Assembly (NCBI GenBank): GCA_963781765.1 | Contig: CAWAHC010000005.1 | Span: 486,929-550,928 of the forward strand | DNA: 64,000 bases | Direction: 5' to 3' | DNA from: an uncultured Gemmatimonadaceae bacterium | GTDB lineage: Bacteria; Gemmatimonadota; Gemmatimonadetes; Gemmatimonadales; Gemmatimonadaceae | Part shown: positions 44,625 through 54,204 of the stretch, one piece after another | Layout of the letters: each line of letters starts with the position of its first letter | How positions within the stretch are numbered: the stretch's first letter is position 1 | Translations under genes and position numbers: made by a program | The notes under the pieces: generated by a model | What the model saw: the letters and a program-made list of their open reading frames with translations, nothing else | The model's database searches: none | What the model was told of the DNA's origin: nothing

Positions 44625-47600
44625 TCACGGCTTCTCCGGAATCAGTAGCGTCTCGATGTCCCATGCGCCCATCGGCACCGACAGCATCCTGCCGCGCGAG
44701 GGGAACGACTTGCCCGTCGGCCGCTCGATGAGGTCGGTCTCCTGCGCCGTGACCGGGGCGGCGAACCGCAGCACCGCCGTGGTCGGTTTGCCGCTCGTTT
44801 CCACCAACCGCACGATCCACCCGTTGCCGTCTTCCGCACGCTTGAGCGCGGCGAGTTCGACGGTGCCGCCGACGATCGTGAATGGGCTCGTCGTGGCGCG
44901 TCCCCGGCCGGCGTGCGCGTCCACACGCACCGCGCGGAGCGGTTCGTTGAGCGCGCGCGCGGCCCGGCGCACTGCCGGAGCCCGCCAGTCGCCCACATGC
45001 GGCACGATGCTGTAGTGGAACGTCTGCGTTCCCATGTCGGCGTGCTCGTCGGGCGACTTCGGCGAGCGCAGCAGGGTGACGAAGATCGTGTCGCCGCTGG
45101 CACTGTAGCCGTACTTGCCCCCGTTCGCGATCGCCACGCCGTAGATGCCGTCGGCGGCGGAACCATCCACGAACCGGAGCATCGGCGTCTCGAAGCGCGC
45201 GCTGTCCTGCCGCGTCCGCGGGCGCGTGGTCCGGCCGATCACGGCGTACGGGATCTCGGCGTGGGTGCTGTCCACGTGGAACGCGAGCGGAAACACCGCC
45301 TTCAGAAGCTGGTGCGACTGGTGCCAGTCGACGATCGTCTCCACGTCCAGTCGGTCGGCGTCGGCGGGCAGTTCGTAGCGCTGTGTGACGAGTGAACTGT
45401 CCCTGCCGCGATAGACCGTGATCGTGCTGCCGAACGCATCACGTGTGACGCGGGGGTGCGCGTCGCCGGGACGCGCCACGAGCCAGCTACGGGCACCGTT
45501 CAGGTTGTCGATGTTCCAGGCGTCGTAGTCCTTCGGCCGGTCCACCATGAGCAGCAATCCGTTGGCGGCGGGACCACGCGCCAGGACGTCGCGCCTGTGC
45601 ACCTTGTCGTACATGCGCGCGATGCCGCCCGTGACCGAGTCGATGGTCACGCGCAGGTACCGGTTCTCCAACGTCCATCCGGGCACCGTGGCCGGCGGCC
45701 GCATGCGCGACGGGCGCATGAAGAACACGCTGGCCCCGAGGGCCGGCACCGTGCCCATGCGCACGTTGATGCGGCCTGAGTCGCCCGGTTCGCGTGGCAG
45801 CACGCGGCCGTGCGCATCGATGGCGGTCCACGCGCCGGCGGAATCGACGCCATCGCCGCCGGCCGGTGGTGCGAAGCTCACCGCGCCCGCGCGCGCTACA
45901 CCGCTCGGGTTGAACGCCACCATCGGCACGTCCCCCTTGCGGAGCGGCTTCGTATCGAGCGGCGCGCTCAGGGCGCGCAACGACGTCGCGAGTGCCCCCT
46001 CGGCCAGCGCGTTGGCTTCGCGATAGTCGCGGCTGGCGTCCATGTAGATGGAATCAATGCCCGAGCCGGCGAGCAGGTCGTGGAACTGGTTGAAGAGCGT
46101 GGCCTCCCACGCCCTGGTGAGGGCATCGTGCGGGTAGGGCGACGGAGCCACGGTGGCGGCGGCCTCGGCGGCGTCGAGCACCCCCTCCATGTGCCGGTTC
46201 CACCACTTCATCTCGGCCTGCGTGGTGAACACCCCGCGATGGTATTCCAGGTACAACTCGTCGCGCACCACCGGCCCGTCGGCGGGGAAGGCCGCCCGCA
46301 TCTTCGTCAGCGCGTCGGTGGGACTGTCGTCGCGAATCACCGGGAACGCCGGAATGCGCTTGAGGTCGTGCGAGCGCTCGAGCATCTGCATCGTCGGCCC
46401 GCCGCCATGGTCGCCCACGCCGTACAGGGTCATCATGCGCGGGACGGCGCTCGAGTCCACCGTCGCACGGTCCTGCGTGGCCAGCGCGTGGGGATCGAGG
46501 TCGCTGTCGTAGCCGTACGGGATGTAGGAGAACACCTTCGACCCGTCGGGTCCCTCCCAGTAAAACTGGTTGAGCCGGGCCGGCCACTTGTCCGTGTCGT
46601 TCCAGCGCAGCTTCTGCGTGACGAAGAAATCCATCCCGCTCTTGAGGAAGATCTGCGGCAGCGACCAGGGATACCCGAACGTGTCCGGAATCCACGCCAC
46701 GTGCGCCGGATGGCCGAACATCTTGATGAAGGTGCGCTGGCCGTACAGCCCCTGCCGCACGAGCGACTCGCCGGACGGCATGTTCACGTCGGGTTCCAGC
46801 CACCAGCCGCCGACCACGTTCCAGCGGCCTTCCCTGTCCAGCTCCTTGATGCGTGCCAGCACGTCGGGCCGCTGCTCGGCCAGCGACTCGTAATACACGG
46901 CCGCAGACGCCGCGAAGTGCATGTCGGGATACTTGGCCATCAACTTGGTGGCCGTCGCCCACGTCCGGTCGATGACGTCCTGCGTCTCGCGCCAGCGCCA
47001 GAGCCACGCGGCGTCGATGTGCGAGTTGCCCACCACGTCGATGGTGTCGCGGCGTGCCTTGGCGACCGCGGGCGCCAGCACCTGGGACCAGTGCCCGATG
47101 ATCGCATGGTACTGCGCCTTGTCGGGCGCGAGCGCCGCCGCGGCGATGGCGCGGGCCACGCTGTCCCCCGGCACGGGTAGCGTGCTGTCGCGCGTGAAGA
47201 ACCGCGCCCACTGCGCGCCGTCGTGAATCTCGTGCCATCCCAGATCGGCCACGCGAAGCACCGGCGCGTCCCACCAGGTGGCGCCGTTGGGATGGAGTAC
47301 GAACGCGATCTGGCTCCCGGCCGCGCAGGGCGCGCACAGCGTGATACGGCCCAGCGTATCGGCCAGCACCGGCGTTCCGTTCACGGCGAATGTGGCCTGC
47401 GGCCGGAACTCGCCTGCATGGAGCTGCAGCGTGAGCCCGCCGAGTTCGGCGGGGACGCTCATCGCGAAGCCGATGGCCGCCAGATGCCGGCGCGCGGTCG
47501 AGTCGGCGTCGGCCGTGTCGAGCGGCGCCCAGTCGCCGGACGTGAGGGCAGCGCTCGTGGGCAGGGCGGCCTGTTTCCAGATGCTCACCTGGATGGGGCG

Positions 47601-48641
47601 GGCGAGCAGATCGAGCAGCGCCGCCGCCGTCACGGGAACGTCGGTGCTGCCGCGCCGGTCGGCTGGCGCGGCAGTCGGGGCACGCACGGAGTCGGGAGCG
47701 AACACGGCCGCCGAGACGCGCGCCCCGCCGTCGAGCACGCCGCGCACCAGGTCGCCCCACGGGGCCACGAGTATGACGGCCGGATGCGAGCCGCCCGCGG
47801 CGATCGGCGCGTGTGTGCTCGTGGCGCCGAGCGCGAACATGCCCTCCGAGGCCGTCGCGTCACCGCGTTCGGCGCAGACGAGCAGCGGCACCGTGAGTGA
47901 GGCGCTGCCGCCGGCATCGACCAGGCGCGCCGCACTCGGCACCGCCACCGGACCCACGCGGAAGCGCGATGCCATGGCGGCCATCGGCGTCGCCACGTCG
48001 GGCGAATCGGAGGCGACGATGTCACCGACAGGATCGGGGCTGTCCGAGAGGAACCGCGCCCCCATGCCCATGCCGCCGCCGCGATTCACCACCTTGTACA
48101 CCAGCCGGTTGACGCCGCGGCGCAGGTGCAGCGTCAGCGTGTCGGTGGCCGTACCCACCCCCCGCGCCACGTCGTTGTGTTCGAGCAGAGTGCCGTTGAG
48201 CCACACGATCACGTCGTCGTCGCTCTCCACGCCGATCCGGACCGTGCGGTCGCCCGGGCTCGCCAGATACGTCTCGGCATACGCGGCCATGTTGTCGAGC
48301 GTCGTGGCCGGGAAGGCCTTGAAGAAGTCGAACTGGCCCAACTCGTCCATCGCCACGGACTGCCACACGTGGCCGCCGGCGTGGTCACCCGCGTGGGCCA
48401 TGAGTGCGGCCGGATCGCCAATGTCCTGTCCGTCCAGGCGCAACGCACCGGTATCGACGGGGAAGGGACCGATGAGCAGCCAGGGAACGATGGGGCGGTC
48501 GCAGATGCGGCCGTCAGCGGCCGGTTGCTGCGCGAAGACGCTGGGCGCGGCGCCGAGGGCCACCAGCGCGAGACAGGCCGCATGGCGGCGGAAGGTGCGA
48601 ATCGACATGCGCGGAAGATGACGACTCGCCGCGTGCCTCAC
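44625..48641 (-). CDS. secreted GH38 alpha-mannosidase with ~530-aa N-terminal extension
   Basis: The signal peptide is ACLALVALGAAPSVFAQQ. The GH38 catalytic signature GNSHIDAAWLWRW starts near aa 538. Downstream blocks are WWLEPDVNMPSGESL and IPDTFGYPWSLPQ. Confidence 0.9.
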   Translation of the reverse strand: MRHAASRHLPRMSIRTFRRHAACLALVALGAAPSVFAQQPAADGRICDRPIVPWLLIGPFPVDTGALRLDGQDIGDPAALMAHAGDHAGGHVWQSVAMDELGQFDFFKAFPATTLDNMAAYAETYLASPGDRTVRIGVESDDDVIVWLNGTLLEHNDVARGVGTATDTLTLHLRRGVNRLVYKVVNRGGGMGMGARFLSDSPDPVGDIVASDSPDVATPMAAMASRFRVGPVAVPSAARLVDAGGSASLTVPLLVCAERGDATASEGMFALGATSTHAPIAAGGSHPAVILVAPWGDLVRGVLDGGARVSAAVFAPDSVRAPTAAPADRRGSTDVPVTAAALLDLLARPIQVSIWKQAALPTSAALTSGDWAPLDTADADSTARRHLAAIGFAMSVPAELGGLTLQLHAGEFRPQATFAVNGTPVLADTLGRITLCAPCAAGSQIAFVLHPNGATWWDAPVLRVADLGWHEIHDGAQWARFFTRDSTLPVPGDSVARAIAAAALAPDKAQYHAIIGHWSQVLAPAVAKARRDTIDVVGNSHIDAAWLWRWRETQDVIDRTWATATKLMAKYPDMHFAASAAVYYESLAEQRPDVLARIKELDREGRWNVVGGWWLEPDVNMPSGESLVRQGLYGQRTFIKMFGHPAHVAWIPDTFGYPWSLPQIFLKSGMDFFVTQKLRWNDTDKWPARLNQFYWEGPDGSKVFSYIPYGYDSDLDPHALATQDRATVDSSAVPRMMTLYGVGDHGGGPTMQMLERSHDLKRIPAFPVIRDDSPTDALTKMRAAFPADGPVVRDELYLEYHRGVFTTQAEMKWWNRHMEGVLDAAEAAATVAPSPYPHDALTRAWEATLFNQFHDLLAGSGIDSIYMDASRDYREANALAEGALATSLRALSAPLDTKPLRKGDVPMVAFNPSGVARAGAVSFAPPAGGDGVDSAGAWTAIDAHGRVLPREPGDSGRINVRMGTVPALGASVFFMRPSRMRPPATVPGWTLENRYLRVTIDSVTGGIARMYDKVHRRDVLARGPAANGLLLMVDRPKDYDAWNIDNLNGARSWLVARPGDAHPRVTRDAFGSTITVYRGRDSSLVTQRYELPADADRLDVETIVDWHQSHQLLKAVFPLAFHVDSTHAEIPYAVIGRTTRPRTRQDSARFETPMLRFVDGSAADGIYGVAIANGGKYGYSASGDTIFVTLLRSPKSPDEHADMGTQTFHYSIVPHVGDWRAPAVRRAARALNEPLRAVRVDAHAGRGRATTSPFTIVGGTVELAALKRAEDGNGWIVRLVETSGKPTTAVLRFAAPVTAQETDLIERPTGKSFPSRGRMLSVPMGAWDIETLLIPEKP

Positions 48642-48663
48642 CAGCGGCGGCGGCCGGGCGCGG

Positions 48664-49137
48664 CTACTTCCAGGCCCCCAGCAGCTGCCTCACGAGTACG
48701 ATCTGCCCGACGTGGTAGGCGGCGTGATCGAATACGAGCACGACTTCGCGGATGTGCGTCTGTCCCGTACCCCACGGGACGGCGGCCATCAGATCGAAGT
48801 CGGGGTCTCGCACGAGGCGCTGCAGCTCGGCGACGTCTGCGTGGTACTGGGCGATGCTGGCATTCCACGCTTTGGCCGAGGGCGGCGCCGGTGTCTTGGG
48901 CCAGTAGTCCTCGGGCCAATTCTGCTCCTGGTAGTCGGGATTGACGCAGAAGTCGAGGATGTCGCGCTGGGCCAGGCGGAGGTGTTCCACCAGTTCCCAC
49001 ACCGAATGCGCCGCGCCCTCGGGACGTTTGCCGCGGAGCGCGGCCGGCAGATCGGCGATCGCGCTATCGAAGCTGGCGTGCGCCTGCTGCCAGTCGAGCA
49101 TGTCGGCGAGGAATTCGCGCAGTTGGTGTTCGTTCAT
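48664..49137 (-). CDS. DinB-family (DinB_2) metal-dependent four-helix-bundle protein
   Basis: Conserved His positions lie in SVWELVEHLRLAQRD and DHAAYHVGQIV. Confidence 0.85.
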   Translation of the reverse strand: MNEHQLREFLADMLDWQQAHASFDSAIADLPAALRGKRPEGAAHSVWELVEHLRLAQRDILDFCVNPDYQEQNWPEDYWPKTPAPPSAKAWNASIAQYHADVAELQRLVRDPDFDLMAAVPWGTGQTHIREVVLVFDHAAYHVGQIVLVRQLLGAWK

Positions 49138-49667
49138 CGCTGCCTTCTCCGCTTACGGCGGTGCCACTGCTCCCACAGGTGCCCGGTGATGAGTCCCAAT
49201 GTGGCGCCCACCACGCCGCCCGCAAGCGCCCCGACCAGTACCGACATCTCGAAGTCCCACAGCCCGCGGGTGGCCTGTTGCCGTCGCATGCCCGCGAACA
49301 GCAGCACCCACGATTGCACGCCCCACCAGAGCGCGCCGGCCAAGCCGCCCAGCATCGCGCTCCCCTGCACGAGCACCTCACGCCGCGGCTGGTAGAAGTT
49401 GTTCTGCAGCGTGCCGAACTCGAGCTGCTTTTCCGTGCGCAGTGCGCTCGCTCCCCAGCCCGACCGGAGAACGATCACGCCAGCCAGCGTCGCGAGCACC
49501 GACACCCAGAGTGCGGTGGTGTGCCGGGCGACCATCACGGCGTGCGTCGTGTCCTGCAACTTCAGCACGACGACCAGAAACACCAGAATGGCGAGCAGCG
49601 CCCACTGGCCCAGGGTCGGACGCACGCGGCGGCCGCGGCGGCGGCGGGGCGGCGGAGGGGTGGTCAT
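49134..49667 (-). CDS. hypothetical membrane protein (177 aa, Arg-rich termini)
   Basis: About four TM helices are present. Its stop overlaps the DinB-family start (ATGA at 49134-49137). Confidence 0.6.
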   Translation of the reverse strand: MTTPPPPRRRRGRRVRPTLGQWALLAILVFLVVVLKLQDTTHAVMVARHTTALWVSVLATLAGVIVLRSGWGASALRTEKQLEFGTLQNNFYQPRREVLVQGSAMLGGLAGALWWGVQSWVLLFAGMRRQQATRGLWDFEMSVLVGALAGGVVGATLGLITGHLWEQWHRRKRRRQR

Positions 49668-49819
49668 GTGACCTAGTACGCGGGGGATGTCGAGGCCGCT
49701 GGGATGGGCGGGCGACTCGCGGCGGCCCTGTGGCCGGGGTTAACTTTACTCACTGGCGACGGTGCGGCCTCCCTGTCCCGCGCCCCTGCCTCGCCGGTTT
49801 TCCCACTCACCATCGCCCC

Positions 49820-52084
49820 ATGCTCTCCATCGCCGCCGCCGCGACGTTCAGCCTCATGTTGTCCACCGTTCCGCGCCCGGCCACGGCGCGCGACACTACC
49901 GCCGGCGCCAACGCCGCCCCGCGATCGGTGGTGGCCGTCAGTGCGGCGCACGCGCCGGTCATCGACGGCCGCCTGGACGACGCCGTGTGGCGACGGGCGC
50001 GCGTCGTGTCCGGGTTCGCGCAGTCGGAGCCGCACGAGGGGCAGCCCGCCACGGAGCGGACCGAAGTTCGCGTCGCCTACGACGCCGACAACATCTACAT
50101 CGCCGCCTACATGCACGATCGCGATCCCTCGGGTCTGATCGTGAACGACATCCGCAAGGACTTCGACGAGACCGGGGAGGATGACTTCGAGGTGCTCCTC
50201 GATACCTTCGACGACCGGCGCAATGGATACATCTTCATCACCAATGTGGCCGGCGCCAAGGCCGACCGGCAGGTGGCGAACGAGGGGCGCGAGGTGAACG
50301 CCAGTTGGGATGCCGTCTGGCGCGTGGCCACGCGCCGCGTGGCCGACGGGTGGACCGCCGAGATCGCGATTCCCTTCACGGCGATCCGCTTTGTCACCAC
50401 GGGCCCCCAGCGCTGGGGCATCAACTTCAGCCGCCGCATCCGGCGCAAGAACGAGATCGACTTCTGGGCGCCGGTGCCCCGGTCGTACGGGCTCACGCGC
50501 GTGTCGCTGGCCGGCGAACTCGACGGCCTGTCCACGGCGCACGCCACGCGCGACCTGCGCGTGAAGCCGTACGTCGCCGCGCGCACGGTGCGTGCAACGG
50601 GCGGTCGTGCGTTCGATCGTACGGGCGCCGTGGGCGTGGACCTGAAGTACGGCGTCACGTCGCATCTGACGCTCGATGGCACGGTGAATCCCGACTTCGC
50701 GCAGGCCGAGGCCGACGAACAGCAGGTGAACCTCACCCAGTTCAGCCAGTTCTTTCCCGAGAAGCGCGAGTTCTTCCTCGAGAACTCGGGCACCTTCTAC
50801 GTCGGCGACGCCGCCCGGAACAACCGGGTCTCCACGCCGGTCACGTCGGACGAGGACCTCGTGCTGTTCTTCAGCCGCCGCATCGGTCTCACCCCCGACG
50901 GGCGCACGATCCGCGTGCCTGGCGGGCTGCGGCTCACGGGGTCGGCAGGGGGGCTCGACATCGGCGCCCTCGCCATGACGACCTCCGCCACTGCGGGCGC
51001 GCCCGCCACGTCGTACGGCGTGCTGCGGCTCCGGCGCAACCTGTACGAAGGCTCCGACGTCGGCGTCATTCTCATGAACCGGCAGTCCCAGGATTCGACG
51101 CACAGCTGGAACCGCGTGTTCGGCGGCGACGCCAACTTCCGGTTTCTGGGCGCCGTGGACTGGAACTCGTACCTGATCGGCACCGCCACGCCCGGCGTGC
51201 ACGGCGGCCAGTACGCCGGGCGGTCGACGATCAACTACGACGGCGATCAGGCGCATCTCAAGGCGGGCGTGATGCAGATCGGCGACGGGTTCCGCGACGA
51301 CCTCGGCTACTACCGCCGCACCAACGACCGGAAGTGGATTCTCGAGACGGGGCTGCGGCCGCGGACGCGGTGGCTCGCCTCGCACGGCGTCCGGGAGATG
51401 CACCCCCACGTCACGTGGAGCTACTACGAGGATCTGCAGGGGCACATCCTCGCCAAGAACCTGCACTCCGGATACACCTTCTTCCTCAACGACGGCGGGT
51501 ATGTGGAGCTGTCGGTGAATCCGCGGTTCGAACGGCTCACCTCCGCCTTCACCATCAACCCGACCATCGATTCGCTTCCCGCCGGCGGCTATGCGTGGAC
51601 CGAATGGCAGCTGAAAGGGCAGACCGACCCGAGCCGGGCCCTCTCGGTCACGTTCAGCGGCATTTCCGGCGGGCTCTGGAACGGGCATCAGCGTACCGTG
51701 AGCGGTACGGTCACGCTGCGTCCGTCGTACCGGCTCAAGCTCGAGCTCGGCGGTCAGCGCACCGACGCACGTCTCAATCTGGCGGGCCCCGCGCACTTCG
51801 TGGCCGATCTCGCCACGTTCCGCGGCAACTACTCGTTCTCGACCACGACGTTCCTGGACGCGCTCTCGCAGTACGACGCCGGTTCGCACCAGCTGAACGC
51901 CAACATCCGGTTCAACGTGATCCACCATCCGTTGAGCGATCTGTTCATCGTGTTCAACGAGCAGCGCTTCCTCACCCCGGACGGCCGCGCGCCCGGCCCC
52001 TTCGCGACCATCGATCCCGCGCTGAGCTCCGGACTGCCCGGGGAGAGCCTGATCGTGAAGGTCACGCAGATGGTGGCGTTCTAG
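49820..52084 (+). CDS. CBM9-like / DUF5916 family exported protein
   Basis: Track ORF 49199..52084 trimmed to MLSIAAAATFSLMLSTV. The N-terminal block reads APVIDGRLDDAVW...YDADNIYIAAYMHD...DDFEVLLDTFDDRRNGYIF...WTAEIAIPF. It is followed by a long beta-rich region. The 3' end overlaps malQ by 23 nt (convergent). Confidence 0.8.
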   Translation: MLSIAAAATFSLMLSTVPRPATARDTTAGANAAPRSVVAVSAAHAPVIDGRLDDAVWRRARVVSGFAQSEPHEGQPATERTEVRVAYDADNIYIAAYMHDRDPSGLIVNDIRKDFDETGEDDFEVLLDTFDDRRNGYIFITNVAGAKADRQVANEGREVNASWDAVWRVATRRVADGWTAEIAIPFTAIRFVTTGPQRWGINFSRRIRRKNEIDFWAPVPRSYGLTRVSLAGELDGLSTAHATRDLRVKPYVAARTVRATGGRAFDRTGAVGVDLKYGVTSHLTLDGTVNPDFAQAEADEQQVNLTQFSQFFPEKREFFLENSGTFYVGDAARNNRVSTPVTSDEDLVLFFSRRIGLTPDGRTIRVPGGLRLTGSAGGLDIGALAMTTSATAGAPATSYGVLRLRRNLYEGSDVGVILMNRQSQDSTHSWNRVFGGDANFRFLGAVDWNSYLIGTATPGVHGGQYAGRSTINYDGDQAHLKAGVMQIGDGFRDDLGYYRRTNDRKWILETGLRPRTRWLASHGVREMHPHVTWSYYEDLQGHILAKNLHSGYTFFLNDGGYVELSVNPRFERLTSAFTINPTIDSLPAGGYAWTEWQLKGQTDPSRALSVTFSGISGGLWNGHQRTVSGTVTLRPSYRLKLELGGQRTDARLNLAGPAHFVADLATFRGNYSFSTTTFLDALSQYDAGSHQLNANIRFNVIHHPLSDLFIVFNEQRFLTPDGRAPGPFATIDPALSSGLPGESLIVKVTQMVAF

Positions 52085-54203
52085 GTTCCGTCGCCCCGCC
52101 GGCGGCGCCAAGCGAGGCGGCCGCTTCCGGCGTCGCGATCTCGTCGAGTCGTCGTCGCATCTTCCGCTGCCAGTTGGGATACTGGGTGTTGTTGGTGCCG
52201 GGCACGTTCACGGGGTCGGTTTCAAGACCGAGGTCGTCCAGCGCTACGCCCACCATCATCGCCGGCGTCCGCCCCAGGAACGCGTGCGCGGCGGTCACGA
52301 CGTCCGCGCTCTCGGCGTTCGATGCGGGCGCCACCCCCTCGGATTCCAGGCGCTCCAGCAGCGCCTGCCGTGCCCGATCGCGCTCGGCCGCGGCGCCGCC
52401 CGGTGCGTCGTTGCCGTCGTGGAGTCCCAGCGCCCGATGGATCTCGAGGTCGCGCCCGCTCAGGAACCCGGCCAGCGGCACATGGTCGTGCGTGCCGACG
52501 CTCGCCAACGCGTGCGTCGGGTACTCCGCCGCGGGCAGGAACCCACCGCGTGCGTCGCGCGCGAAGTAGACCACCGCGGACGACAGGATGCCGTGGGCCT
52601 CGAGCGCCGGCCCCACTTCGGGGGGAACGGTGCCCAGGTTCTCCCCCACCACCACCGCGTGGTGGCGGTGGCTCTCCAGCGCGGCGATGTGCAGCAACTC
52701 CTCGGTGGGATATCGCACGTAGGCGCCCTGCTCCGGCGTCGCGCCGCCGGGCACCCAGAATTGGCGGAACAGTCCCATCACGTGGTCGATGCGCAGGGCG
52801 CCTCCGTGCGCGAACGCGGTCCGCAGCAGGCGGATCCAGTAGCGGTACCGGTCGTCGCGCAGGGCGCGCGGCGCGATGGGCGGCAGTCCCCAGTTCTGTC
52901 CGTCGGCCGCGAAGTCGTCGGGCGGCGCGCCGACGGTGGCCCCCTGTGCGAACAGCGACGGCCATGCCCACGTGTCGCAGCCATTCGGGGCCGAGCCCAC
53001 CGCCAGGTCGCGGTACACACCGAGCGCGAGGCCGTCGCCCGCCGCGCCGAGTTGCGCGTCGAGCGCGAACTGGAGGTAGCGGTGGAAGTCCACCGCCTCT
53101 TCGTTGGCCCGCGCGAACTCCGATACGGCGGCCGAACCAGGATCCTGCAACGGCGCGGGCCACGCATGCCAGTCGCATTCTGTGCCGTGGTTGTCGGGTC
53201 CGGACATGTGATCGGCGAGGGCGCAGAACACCGCGAACCGGTCGAGGGCCTCGCCCTGGGCCTCGCGATATCGCCGGTAGGCCGTTCCCCGCGGTGTGTC
53301 GCGATCGCGGTGCAGGCGCGCGAAGGCGACGTGCAGGAGTTCCAGGACGCGGCGTTTGAGCCGCATCACACCCTCGTAGTTCACCAGCGGCTGCGCGCGG
53401 AGCGCCTCGCGGGCGGCGACGAAGTCGGCGTCCGCGAGCAGCGCCGCGGCGTCCGGTGCGTCGGCCACTTCCGGCAGGGCCGGCACGTCCAGATAGATCG
53501 GATTGTTGAACAGCCGGCTCACTGGCGAGTAGGGACTCACCGCCGCGCCGCGGTTGCACAGCGCGTGCAGCGGGTTGATGCCGACGAACGCTCCGCCGGC
53601 GTGCGCCACCCATGCGGCCAGTTGCCGCAGGTCGGCGATGTCGCCGCACCCCCAATTGTGTGCCGTGCGCACGGAATAGAGGTTGGCCAGGACGCCGACG
53701 GCGCGACGCCCCCGCCCACCCAGCCGCCGCTCGACGCTCGTGCACAGCGCGGGTGAGACGATGAGCAGCTGGCTGGCGTCGCGCGTGTGCCCGCCCTCGT
53801 TCACCGAAATCCGCAGCTCGTGATATCCCAGCGGCAGTGGCGCGGGACTCGTCGGTGGCGGCGCGGAGCCCGAGGTGACGCCGTCCAGCGCGTGTCGAGA
53901 CCCGTCCTCGAGCGCCAGTTCGGCGCGCCATTCGGTGCCCTCGGCCACCGGGAGCAGCGGGAGTTGCCAGGCGTGCGCGTGCACCACCGCCACCGAATCG
54001 AGCAGACGATCGGCGGCGGCGGCGTCCAGTCGCGCCAGTTCGCGTCGGGCGTCGGCTTCATGGGCGACCGTCAGCCCCATGGCGCGCAGCAGGGCGGCGC
54101 GGGTGTCGTTGGTGGTGATGCGCTCCGTCCCATGAATGTCGCGGTACGCATCGAGCACACCCATGCGGCGGGCGAGGGCTTCGAGGGCCGACGGCGCGCT
54201 CAC
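52062..54203 (-). CDS. malQ: 4-alpha-glucanotransferase (amylomaltase, GH77)
   Basis: Motifs are NWGCGDIADL, VGINPLHAL, NWGLPP, LRIDHVMGLFRQFWVP and GTHDH. The start is taken as the GTG at 54203, 1 nt after the glgB stop. The longer track ORF to 54509 would overlap glgB. Confidence 0.88.
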   Translation of the reverse strand: MSAPSALEALARRMGVLDAYRDIHGTERITTNDTRAALLRAMGLTVAHEADARRELARLDAAAADRLLDSVAVVHAHAWQLPLLPVAEGTEWRAELALEDGSRHALDGVTSGSAPPPTSPAPLPLGYHELRISVNEGGHTRDASQLLIVSPALCTSVERRLGGRGRRAVGVLANLYSVRTAHNWGCGDIADLRQLAAWVAHAGGAFVGINPLHALCNRGAAVSPYSPVSRLFNNPIYLDVPALPEVADAPDAAALLADADFVAAREALRAQPLVNYEGVMRLKRRVLELLHVAFARLHRDRDTPRGTAYRRYREAQGEALDRFAVFCALADHMSGPDNHGTECDWHAWPAPLQDPGSAAVSEFARANEEAVDFHRYLQFALDAQLGAAGDGLALGVYRDLAVGSAPNGCDTWAWPSLFAQGATVGAPPDDFAADGQNWGLPPIAPRALRDDRYRYWIRLLRTAFAHGGALRIDHVMGLFRQFWVPGGATPEQGAYVRYPTEELLHIAALESHRHHAVVVGENLGTVPPEVGPALEAHGILSSAVVYFARDARGGFLPAAEYPTHALASVGTHDHVPLAGFLSGRDLEIHRALGLHDGNDAPGGAAAERDRARQALLERLESEGVAPASNAESADVVTAAHAFLGRTPAMMVGVALDDLGLETDPVNVPGTNNTQYPNWQRKMRRRLDEIATPEAAASLGAAGGATEPRTPPSA

Positions 54204-54204
54204 G

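Noticed and set aside
49673-52111. 812-aa minus-strand ORF opposite the CBM9/DUF5916-like gene
   Set aside because: It is an antisense shadow ORF with no motifs. The plus-strand gene has a signal peptide and conserved family blocks.
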